From Acutalibacteraceae bacterium (GTDB taxonomy: Bacteria > Bacillota > Clostridia > Oscillospirales > Acutalibacteraceae), in assembly GCA_045655905.1 (NCBI GenBank), contig JAZOQF010000193.1, positions 1,102 through 65,101 of the forward strand: DNA of 64,000 nt, written 5' to 3'. Positions 5,896 through 13,026 of this stretch are shown here, piece by piece. How positions within the stretch are numbered: the stretch's first letter is position 1; each line of letters opens with the position of its first letter. The position numbers and the translations under genes are program-made. The notes under the pieces are model-generated. The model ran no database searches. It saw only the letters and a program-made list of their open reading frames with translations, and was not told where the DNA came from.

Positions 5896-6282
5896 CTCAA
5901 GATATTTCAGCATTGCTTGTGACTCATCTTTTAATCTCATCTTAACCGCACCGCCGTTTTTCTCGCTCTCGGTTGTAACCGTTGCAAATGCGGTACAGAA
6001 TGCGATGTATTCGGCTTTAGTCATCTTGTATGCGATGCCAGCCTTTGTGCCGTAGATGTATTCGGTAGCACAGTCATCTTCAAGATACTTGACGATGTCA
6101 GTGCCCTTGCACACAGTTGCTCTCGCGCTCTTGATTTGGTAAATCAGGCAATCAGTGCCTTTGTTGTGCGCGATGTTGTCGGCTTTTTCAAGCTTGCCTG
6201 TGAGCAAGTAGCGGATGGATTGCTCTACATTGTGCCCGTGGTTGTGGTAGTTGTTGAGATAAGTGAAGTTGAAAGTAGTCAT
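5881..6282 (-). CDS. early paralog family member 2 (133 aa)
   Basis: Track ORF. About half its residues match 6493-6894 (LTGK.EKADNIAH.KGTD, KSARATVCKGTDI, ESEKNGG). Confidence 0.75.
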   Translation of the reverse strand: MTTFNFTYLNNYHNHGHNVEQSIRYLLTGKLEKADNIAHNKGTDCLIYQIKSARATVCKGTDIVKYLEDDCATEYIYGTKAGIAYKMTKAEYIAFCTAFATVTTESEKNGGAVKMRLKDESQAMLKYLEERAV

Positions 6283-6314
6283 TGATTGTGTCCTCTCTTG
6301 TTTGGTTGTACCTT

Positions 6315-6343
6315 ATTATACCATATAAACCCGGGCTTGTCAA
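6315..6343 (-). promoter_or_regulatory. sigma70/sigmaA-type early promoter
   Basis: Minus strand TTGACA-17 bp-TGgTATAAT, with CCCGGG inside the spacer. Confidence 0.75.
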
Positions 6344-6376
6344 GGGGTTTGCAAAAAATTTTTAAAAAATTTTTGT

Positions 6377-6490
6377 AGCTGCTGCTGGTGCGCGTGTGCG
6401 CGTGTATACACGGGTGCTGCTGGTGGTGCTGCTGGTGCTGCGTGTGCGCATATATATACGCGGGCGGGCGGGCGCGTGCGCGTGGACGGG
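6377..6490. repeat. simple-sequence mosaic I
   Basis: Successive blocks of (GCT/GGT)n, alternating GC/GT runs (gcgcgtgtgcgcgtgtatacac), tatatata and GGGCGGGCGGGC...GGGG. Confidence 0.9.
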
Positions 6491-6509
6491 GCTCACCTTG
6501 CGGTGAGCC
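6490..6509 (-). terminator. GC hairpin overlapping stop codon
   Basis: GGCTCACC-TTGC-GGTGAGCC. Confidence 0.5.
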
Positions 6510-6894
6510 ATTCCAACATTCTTTGTGTTTCGTGTCCCAGCCTGATTTTTGGGGTTCCCCCGTTCTTTTGGCTCTCACGGGTTACTGTGCCGAAGACTTG
6601 CACAAATTGCTCATATTCAGTACGGCTCATTATGTAGGCGGTGCCGTCTTTGGTGATGTAGGCGTATTTGCTTGCCTTGTCGGCATCAAGGTAGGCTTTG
6701 ATGTCGGTGCCCTTGCAGACGGTTGCTCTTGCCGATTTTACGGAATAGATGCCGATGTCGGTACCCTTGTCATGTGCGATGTTGTCGGCTTTTTCAACCT
6801 TACCCGTTAGGGTGTAGCGGAACCATTGTTCAAGGTGTTGTCCGTTGTTGCGGTAGGTGCGGTTAAAATTGGGGGTTAGAGTGAAGTGTTTCAT
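6493..6894 (-). CDS. early paralog family member 3 (133 aa)
   Basis: Internal ATG of track ORF 6493-6954 (MKHFTLTPNF...), with AGAGAGGA RBS, promoter 6926-6954 and TGA stop. Confidence 0.75.
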   Translation of the reverse strand: MKHFTLTPNFNRTYRNNGQHLEQWFRYTLTGKVEKADNIAHDKGTDIGIYSVKSARATVCKGTDIKAYLDADKASKYAYITKDGTAYIMSRTEYEQFVQVFGTVTRESQKNGGTPKIRLGHETQRMLEWLTAR

Positions 6895-6925
6895 TTTTGT
6901 ATCCTCTCTTGTTTGGTTGTACCTT

Positions 6926-6954
6926 ATTATACCATATGCACGGGCGGTTGTCAA
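6926..6954 (-). promoter_or_regulatory. sigma70/sigmaA-type early promoter (leftward arm, first cassette)
   Basis: Minus strand TTGACA-17 bp-TGgTATAAT. Confidence 0.75.
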
Positions 6955-7039
6955 TAGGTTTTTGAAAAAAAGTTAAAGAAATATTGCACAAATTTGAGAG
7001 GGAAATTTTGTGCAACTTTTTTTCAAAAACCTATTGACA
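6949..7039. promoter_or_regulatory. palindromic divergent control region
   Basis: The 26-bp arm tgtcaataggtttttgaaaaaaagtt (6949-6974) is the exact reverse complement of 7014-7039. Each arm contains a -35 hexamer. TTGCACAA 6984-6991 and TTGTGCAA 7008-7015 lie between them (copy g). Confidence 0.8.
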
Positions 7040-7062
7040 CGGGCGGAAAAGTGTGCTATAAT
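7034..7062 (+). promoter_or_regulatory. sigma70/sigmaA-type early promoter
   Basis: TTGACAcgggcggaaaagtgtgcTATAAT with a 17 bp spacer. Confidence 0.75.
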
Positions 7063-7095
7063 TAGTACAGAAATAAAGAAAGAGAGGGAAAAACA

Positions 7096-7197
7096 ATGTT
7101 AGGCGGTATTCTTTTTTTCGCAACCGTTGCGCTGTGTGCTTTTCTTCTTTGGGGCGCGTTTGGTGTACGCTCTATCAGAGAAGCGATTATGAGATGA
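7096..7197 (+). CDS. small hydrophobic peptide (33 aa)
   Basis: MLGGILFFATVALCAFLLWGAFGVRSIREAIMR, with GAGAGGGA RBS, TGA stop and terminator 7200-7222. Confidence 0.5.
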   Translation: MLGGILFFATVALCAFLLWGAFGVRSIREAIMR

Positions 7198-7199
7198 GA

Positions 7200-7222
7200 G
7201 GGAGCCGAAGGCTCCCTTTTTT
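7200..7222 (+). terminator. intrinsic terminator
   Basis: GGGAGCC-GAA-GGCTCCC followed by T6. Confidence 0.85.
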
Positions 7223-7258
7223 CTTAAAAAATTTTTTAAAAAATTTTTCAAAAAGTGC

Positions 7259-7287
7259 TTGACACGGGCGGAAAAGTGTGCTATAAT
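7259..7287 (+). promoter_or_regulatory. sigma70/sigmaA-type early promoter
   Basis: Same 29-mer TTGACAcgggcggaaaagtgtgcTATAAT as at 7034 and 8330. Confidence 0.75.
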
Positions 7288-7322
7288 ATAGACAGAAAGC
7301 AAGAGAAAGAGAGGAAAAGAAA

Positions 7323-7460
7323 ATGCTTTGGACTATCAAAAACACAATAACAGGACAGGTAGCCGCGGCTTTTGGTGTTACCAAAAAAGAGGCTTGCGAT
7401 GCTCTCAATTGGAATTATCGCGTTTGCGAAGTTCTCGCCTCTACTTGCCGTTATTGGTAA
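7323..7460 (+). CDS. small early protein (45 aa)
   Basis: MLWTIKNTITGQVAAAFGVTKKEACDALNWNYRVCEVLASTCRYW, with AGAGAGGAAAAG RBS, TAA stop and terminator 7469-7491. Confidence 0.5.
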   Translation: MLWTIKNTITGQVAAAFGVTKKEACDALNWNYRVCEVLASTCRYW

Positions 7461-7468
7461 GAGGGAGA

Positions 7469-7491
7469 GGGAGCCGAAAGGCTCCCTTTTT
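7469..7491 (+). terminator. intrinsic terminator
   Basis: GGGAGCC-GAAA-GGCTCCC followed by T5. Confidence 0.85.
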
Positions 7492-7520
7492 GTATTGCTT
7501 TAATGTTAAAATTTTACAAT

Positions 7521-8034
7521 TTTTAATGCTACTGCTTGCTGCGTGTTGCCGCTGCTGCCTGCTGCTGCTCGTGCTGCCGTCGCCGTTGCTGATGGCGTGT
7601 GCGTGCGTGCGTGCGTGCGTGCGTGGGTGTGTGTGGGTGTGCTTATCCCTATCCTATCCCTATCTTATCCCTATCCTATCCCTATCCTATCCCTATCCTA
7701 TCCCTATCCTATCTTTATCCTATCCCTATCCTATCTTTATCCTATCTTTATCCTATCCCTATCCTATCTTTATCCTATCTTTATCCTATCCCTATCCTAT
7801 CTTTATCCTATCCCTATCCTATCTTTATCCTTGTCTTGTCTTGTCTTTGTCTTGTCTTTGTCTTGTCTTTGTCTTGTCTTTGTCTTGTCTTTTGTGTGTG
7901 TGTGTGTGTGTATGTGCAGACGGAGAGCGACGGACAGAACAACGGAGCAACGGAGAGAGAGGGAGAGAGGGAGAGAGGGAGAGAGAGGGAGAGAGGGAGA
8001 AAGGCTTTTTCTAAAAAAAAAAAAAAAAAAAAAA
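7521..8034. repeat. simple-sequence mosaic II (about 510 bp)
   Basis: Ordered blocks: CTG/GCC-rich 7528-7595; (GTGC)n and GT-rich 7605-7642; a G-free TATCC/TATCTT-type repeat 7643-7830; (CTTGT/CTTTGT)n 7829-7892; (GT)n 7893-7916; ACGG-rich 7921-7953; polypurine (GGGAGAGA)n 7953-8003; A22 8013-8034. Confidence 0.95.
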
Positions 8035-8057
8035 TAAAAAAAATTTTTCAAAATCCC

Positions 8058-8086
8058 TTGACACGGGCGAAAAACTATGTTATAAT
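8058..8086 (+). promoter_or_regulatory. sigma70/sigmaA-type early promoter
   Basis: TTGACAcgggcgaaaaactatgtTATAAT with a 17 bp spacer. Confidence 0.75.
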
Positions 8087-8139
8087 TAGTACAGAAAGAG
8101 GGAAGGAAAACCGACTAAACCAAGAAAGGAAAGAGGAAA

Positions 8140-8256
8140 ATGTTTGATAGAAATGCTTTGGAAAACTTTGTGTGTGGTATCGTTACAAAAGGCTGGATTG
8201 TAGTCGTTGCAATGTTTGCAGTAACTATGGCTTTGTTGATGACAGTAGGAGCATAA
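8140..8256 (+). CDS. small hydrophobic peptide (38 aa)
   Basis: MFDRNALENFVCGIVTKGWIVVVAMFAVTMALLMTVGA, with AAGAGGAAA RBS and TAA stop. Confidence 0.5.
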   Translation: MFDRNALENFVCGIVTKGWIVVVAMFAVTMALLMTVGA

Positions 8257-8263
8257 AAGGAGA

Positions 8264-8321
<58 letters not shown>

Positions 8322-8329
8322 AAAACCCC

Positions 8330-8358
8330 TTGACACGGGCGGAAAAGTGTGCTATAAT
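8330..8358 (+). promoter_or_regulatory. sigma70/sigmaA-type early promoter
   Basis: TTGACAcgggcggaaaagtgtgcTATAAT. Confidence 0.75.
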
Positions 8359-8415
8359 ATAGACAGTAAAAGGGAAGGAAAACCGACTAAACCACAAGAA
8401 AGAAAGAGGTAAAAA

Positions 8416-8598
8416 ATGAAACTTTATATTGTTATGTTCAAGGATGCTTGCGAATGGGAAGCACAGGAATGGTTGGGCGGAGTATTCTCCACCGAGGAAA
8501 AAGCTCAGGCGTATATGGAAGCATACATCAACGATGATGATGACGACGATGTAGAAGGATACATCACCACCCGCACCTTGGATGACGATGAGTTATAA
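8416..8598 (+). CDS. acidic small protein (60 aa)
   Basis: Track ORF with AAGAGGTAAAAA RBS and a D/E-rich C-terminal half (DDDDDDVEGY...DDDEL). Confidence 0.7.
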   Translation: MKLYIVMFKDACEWEAQEWLGGVFSTEEKAQAYMEAYINDDDDDDVEGYITTRTLDDDEL

Positions 8599-8605
8599 AA
8601 AGAGA

Positions 8606-8629
8606 GGGAGCCGAAAGGCTCCCTTTTTT
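8606..8629 (+). terminator. intrinsic terminator
   Basis: GGGAGCC-GAAA-GGCTCCC followed by T6. Confidence 0.85.
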
Positions 8630-8631
8630 CT

Positions 8632-8653
8632 AAAAAAAAAAAAAAAAAAAAAA
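8632..8653. repeat. poly(A)22 tract upstream of promoter
   Basis: A run of 22 A. Confidence 0.95.
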
Positions 8654-8675
8654 TAAAAATTTTTTTAAAAACCCC

Positions 8676-8704
8676 TTGACAAACCCCTCAAACTATGCTA
8701 TAAT
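8676..8704 (+). promoter_or_regulatory. sigma70/sigmaA-type early promoter
   Basis: TTGACA-17 bp-TGcTATAAT. Confidence 0.75.
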
Positions 8705-8735
8705 ATAGACAGAAAGAACGAAAGAGGTAAACACA

Positions 8736-8834
8736 ATGAAAACACTTAAAACTTTTGCAAGAGAGAATAACGCGACTGAGGTAAACATCTACCATCGCAG
8801 AAAGACCGCAACCTTAAAGGGTCTTTGCAAGTAA
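8736..8834 (+). CDS. basic 32-aa peptide, paralog 1
   Basis: MKTLKTFARENNATEVNIYHRRKTATLKGLCK, with AAGAGGTAAA RBS. About 70 percent identical to 9363-9461. Confidence 0.55.
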   Translation: MKTLKTFARENNATEVNIYHRRKTATLKGLCK

Positions 8835-8840
8835 CCGAGA

Positions 8841-8865
8841 GGAAGCCGAAAGGCTTCCTTTTTTT
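8841..8865 (+). terminator. intrinsic terminator
   Basis: GGAAGCC-GAAA-GGCTTCC followed by T7. Confidence 0.85.
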
Positions 8866-8900
8866 ACTAAAAAATTTTTTAAAAATTTTTCAAAAATCCC

Positions 8901-8929
8901 TTGACAAATGCCCGGGAATTTGTTATAAT
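8901..8929 (+). promoter_or_regulatory. sigma70/sigmaA-type early promoter
   Basis: TTGACA-17 bp-TGtTATAAT, with CCCGGG in the spacer. Confidence 0.75.
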
Positions 8930-8986
8930 TAATACAGAAAGAGGGAAGAAAAACCGACTAAACCACAATACAGAAAGAGGTATAAA

Positions 8987-9235
8987 ATGACTAAACTTGA
9001 ATTGATGGCAATGCTTGAAGGTATCGCAGATGATGCAGAAATCACTTTTGTAGAAAGCGTGAGAGACCGCGATGGTTATCCCCAAGATGAAAGAGTAAAG
9101 GTCTACAAGGTACTTGGTGGCGAGGTTGTAAGTGTGAGAGGCGAATGCGGTTGCTACACTCTTGAAAATCTCACAGATGAAATTGAGTATATCCGCTGGA
9201 ATGAATATGGCGGATATTACCGCAGAAAGAAATAA
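8987..9235 (+). CDS. hypothetical early protein (82 aa)
   Basis: Track ORF with AAGAGGTATAAA RBS and TAA stop. Confidence 0.7.
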   Translation: MTKLELMAMLEGIADDAEITFVESVRDRDGYPQDERVKVYKVLGGEVVSVRGECGCYTLENLTDEIEYIRWNEYGGYYRRKK

Positions 9236-9242
9236 AAAGAGA

Positions 9243-9266
9243 GGGAGTCGCAAGACTCCCTTTTTT
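9243..9266 (+). terminator. intrinsic terminator
   Basis: GGGAGTC-GCAA-GACTCCC followed by T6. Confidence 0.85.
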
Positions 9267-9302
9267 ACTAAAAAAATTTTTAAAAAATTTTTTATAAACC
9301 CC

Positions 9303-9331
9303 TTGACAAACTCGCCAAACTATGATATAAT
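9303..9331 (+). promoter_or_regulatory. sigma70/sigmaA-type early promoter
   Basis: TTGACA-17 bp-TGaTATAAT. Confidence 0.75.
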
Positions 9332-9362
9332 TAGTACAGAAAGAAAGAAAAGAGGATACAAA

Positions 9363-9461
9363 ATGAAAACCCTGAAGACCTTCGCAAACACCGCAAACAT
9401 CACCGAGGTAAACACTTACCACCGCAGAAAGCCCGCAACCCTGAAAGCAATGTGTAAGTAA
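9363..9461 (+). CDS. basic 32-aa peptide, paralog 2
   Basis: MKTLKTFANTANITEVNTYHRRKPATLKAMCK, the tail of track ORF 9162-9461, with AAGAGGATACAAA RBS. Confidence 0.55.
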   Translation: MKTLKTFANTANITEVNTYHRRKPATLKAMCK

Positions 9462-9467
9462 GGGGAT

Positions 9468-9516
9468 GCCCCCCTCTCTCCCGATAAAATGGGAGAGACC
9501 CCGGGGGGGTGTTTTT
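9468..9516 (+). terminator. long GC hairpin terminator closing the rightward early arm
   Basis: TCTCTCCC-GATAAAAT-GGGAGAGA inner stem, flanked by C6/G7 runs and followed by T5. Confidence 0.65.
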
Positions 9517-9659
9517 GTGGAAAAAGTTGACCGCCAAAAATGCGTAACGAACACTGGGCAAAAGATTATCTACGCAATTTTTCAGCTTCCCACATTCCAA
9601 AACCCAAACAAAATTAAACCCCACACTCCAATCCAGCCTTTTCCATCCAATCCTCAACT

Positions 9660-9688
9660 AAAAAAAGAGAACCCCTTTCGAGGTTCTC
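9660..9688 (-). terminator. intrinsic terminator
   Basis: GAGAACC-loop-GGTTCTC followed by U7 on the minus strand. Confidence 0.75.
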
Positions 9689-10058
9689 AATCCATTAAAA
9701 TTCGCTTGATCTAATTTAAGCTTTCGACCGCAATTCCTGGAGCGCTCAATTCCAATCCAACCAAAACATTGCCGCTTCTTTTATAAATTCCAGAAGCCAA
9801 ACTGAAAATCATATCGCCACCAACGATCTTACAGTTCAAAATTTTCAACTCTTCTGCGGTCGAAAAATCCAACATTGCGGCAAAAGAGCCATCAGACTGC
9901 ACACTGACCTGAACATTTTGCGGCGGGATCTAACAAAAATGCGCGAGGTTAGCTTGTTTTTCCGCGACGGTGCGGGATAATAGCTACTGAAAGTCAATAT
10001 TGTTTGGACATACTTCGTCTTCTGGCATTATTTTTGTTGTTTTTACTGTTGTTTCCAT
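9687..10058 (-). CDS. hypothetical protein (123 aa) with 3 in-frame TAG
   Basis: Extends track ORF 9711-9902 through TAG at 9711, 9930 and 9984 to a TGA at 9687. Promoter 10121-10149. No good RBS is present, so the start (ATG 10058 or 10028) is uncertain. Confidence 0.4.
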
Positions 10059-10120
10059 ATCTTTTGTAACGGAAGATTTGTTTGTTTGTTTTGTTTCCGT
10101 TCTCCTGTTCTCCTACAATT

Positions 10121-10149
10121 ATTATATCGCAATTTGCGGCCGAAGTCAA
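10121..10149 (-). promoter_or_regulatory. sigma70/sigmaA-type promoter
   Basis: Minus strand TTGACT-17 bp-TATAAT. Confidence 0.65.
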
Positions 10150-10173
10150 GTTCTTTTTTACGCCTCTGTAAAT

Positions 10174-10202
10174 TTGACTTTTACAATCTTTTGTGGTATA
10201 AT
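10174..10202 (+). promoter_or_regulatory. sigma70/sigmaA-type promoter at head of packaging/structural operon
   Basis: TTGACT-17 bp-TGgTATAAT, 29 nt upstream of ATG 10231. Confidence 0.7.
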
Positions 10203-10230
10203 TATAATATAAGGATGAAGGAGGAAAGAA

Positions 10231-11232
10231 ATGATAGAATTCAAAACTGCAAAATGTCCGAAGTGCGGCAAAATTGCGGAAATAATTTTCTCAAACAATC
10301 CTCTGGTGCCAGGAATTTGCAATCGTTGTATTTGCAATGAATTGGATGGCGGAAACCTTGAACAAGCAGATTTCTTTTGTAGAACTTATAATTTGCCCTT
10401 TAGACCAGAACGTTGGATCGAGTTGTAGGAAAGATGCGGCGAAGGAGTTTTTAAGCAATACACCAAAGAATTTTTTGAGACAGATAGCAATAATCTTTAT
10501 CGACAGGACGTGACTCCTGATTGGTGGAAGCGAATAAATGAAGAGTGGGCGAATTGCAGAACTTACGAAGAAGTTTTAGCTAAAATTGAACCCATTAAAC
10601 AATCTTTTATTGCGCGAAGCCAAATCAAATGGGGGCCTAACTACACTTTTGAAGAATATGTGCAGTTAGATAGTTTGTTAATTAGCACATTGCGTGCTGG
10701 TGACATTTCTAACCCTTTGCGAATTGATGCTATCAAAAAAGCTTGTAAGATTTCCGTTGAATTGGATAAAGCCATTTACGCTGGCGATAGCAAGGGTATT
10801 AAAGAGTTGTCCAGTTCTTATAGTTCATTTACGAAATCCGCTCAGCTTGACGAAATTATTGCATCAGACAACAATGATGTAATTTCCACTGTTGCGGAGC
10901 TAGCCGACTACATTGAGAAATGCGGCGGCCAGTATACATATTATGACGGTGTTCAGCGCGACATCGTTGATAAAACAATTGCAGATATTAAAGAATATAT
11001 CCGAGTTTTGGTTCAAGACGCGACTGGTTTGAGTGCAACATTGGAAAATATTGCGGAAAATTATAAGCGTAGTGTGGCTACAGCTGCGGATGAAGAGTCT
11101 TTTGCCGCGGTTTCGTTAGAAGAACTAATGAAACAAAATGAAGGAGATAATGAAGTGCTGGATGCCGAACTCGCGGCGGAAAGCCTTGATGAAGACTTCA
11201 TGGGTGCAGAAGACGGAGATGAATATTTTTAA
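10231..11232 (+). CDS. zinc-ribbon protein, positional candidate small terminase (333 aa)
   Basis: Track ORFs 10231-10428 and 10510-11232 share a frame and are joined through TAG 10426. GGAGGAAAG RBS, N-terminal CPKC...CNRC, acidic C-terminus, and a TAATG overlap with TerL. Confidence 0.55.
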
Positions 11233-13016
11233 TGAATACCTCTGATCTTCTTTACATAGAGCCTGAAATTGATGAATATATAAGTTTTTTCAATTCAGCA
11301 AATACAAAAGATGTTAAAATATTGCGGAAAGAGCGCGTTAAAGAAAAACTTCCGCTTTATTTAGAAGCATTAAACACATTCCTGGTTTATCCTGATATTT
11401 TGTCGGACATCATGACTCCCAAAAAGAGTAAGTTCAGTATGTTCTTTGCACAAAGAATTGTATTGCGCTCGATGGCTCGACACCGACAATCTTTTTTAAC
11501 ATTCCCGCGTGCATTTAGTAAGTCTTTTTTGGCTGACTATTTTGGTAACATTAAATCGATGTGTACTCCACATTGCGATGGCTTTGTTGCCGCAGCAACC
11601 GGTAAACAGGCGGCTCAAATCGTTAAACAGAAGTTTAGCGGAGACCTCTGGGTTAAGTTCCCTTTGCTGAAAAACGAAATGCGGCGAAATGGCCCAGTTG
11701 CACCATACATTCAAGGTGAGGACTATGCGGAATTTCGATTCACTAATGGTTCGAAGTTTGACGTAATTGGCGGACACCCTCGTGGTGGCCGTCGTAGTTA
11801 TGGTATTTTTGAGGAGATTATTGAACAAGACCAAACAAAGGTTAATGAGGAACTTATTCCTCTAATGAACTCGCCGCGAACCCAGTTCGACGGCACGCTT
11901 AATCCCCACGAAAAACAAGGGCAAAAGATTTATATCACAACCGCAGGTTATCAATAGACTTTTGCATACGATAAATGTATTGAAACGCTTTGTTACTGTG
12001 CTCTTGACCCTGACAACTATATTTGTTTGGGCGGAAGTTATGTAATTCCTTTGATGCACGGTCGTCTTGAGGAACAAACAATGCGCGAACTTTTCTCTTC
12101 TCCGTCTTTTGACCGAGGAAGTATGGAACGCGAGTATTGCTCAAGATGGTCTGGCGCAAGAAGTGGTTCAATATTTGGAAGCAAAACTATTGATACTTTG
12201 CGCAAGGTTGTGCGTGCGGAATTTAAAAAAGGCAGTCTTGATGAAAAAGAATTTTACGCTATTTCAGCGGATATGGCGAAAGATGGTAGCGCAAATACCG
12301 CAGTAATTGTTTATAGAGTTACGCCCACTGAATATATGTTCAATTATAGGGCAATTAATTTGTTTACAATTAATAGCACAGACTATGAAATTGTGGCGAA
12401 TGAGCTTAAAAAGACAATTATGAACTACGATGCTCGTTTGTTTATTTATGACGCAAACGGTATTGGTGCGGCATTGCGAGACTGGATCAACAAGCCCACT
12501 CGTGATCGTGAGTCTGGAATGACTTTGCCTGGGTATGGAATTATTAATCCTCCTGATAGTGCAAAATCAGACCTGATTACTTACACAAAAGACCGCGAAA
12601 TTTGCTACGAGATTAAATCTGGTGGTAAACAGGGCGAAATGATTCATAAAATATTCTTTTCTCGTCTTAGTAATGGCTCTGTTCGTTTTCTTATTAGAGC
12701 AAATGAGGCGATATTGCGGCTTTAGAGAAATAAAAATTTTTTATAGGCTCCAGAACACGTAAAACGCGCAAAACTTGCTCCATATAAGTTCGCGGATTAG
12801 ATGGAAGAGGAACTTAAAAACCTCATTATCACAGACACAAGCGATAATATTACAAGTACAATGCGAGTTGAAAGACGCAGTAAAAAGATTCAAAAAGACT
12901 TTTTCTCTGCGGCAGAATACGGCATTTATGGCGTGTCCACTTACATTGAACAAAAATATTACGCAAAGAAAAATAAGCCCACATTCCGCTGGACTAATGC
13001 TGTTTTAATAAGTTGA
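11232..13016 (+). CDS. terL: terminase large subunit (594 aa)
   Basis: Three same-frame track ORFs joined through TAG at 11955, 12723, 12744 and 12798. Walker-A-like FPRAFSKSF, Walker-B-like GIFEEI, nuclease-region acidic motifs ISADMA and IYDANG, and a TGA stop. Confidence 0.8.
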
Positions 13017-13026
13017 GGTGAGTAAA

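Noticed and set aside
7643-7892. A possible CRISPR array or other spaced repeat.
   Set aside because: The repeat units are only 5-8 bp, directly abutting and imperfect, with no unique spacers of 25-40 bp. No cas genes are present.
7328-8147. Three long overlapping plus-strand ORFs (228, 164 and 182 aa) and a minus ORF across 7328-8147.
   Set aside because: They are translations of simple-sequence repeats (poly-Leu/Ser/Pro/Ile, Cys-Val, Glu-Arg-Gly runs). They have no RBS or promoter and overlap one another in all frames.
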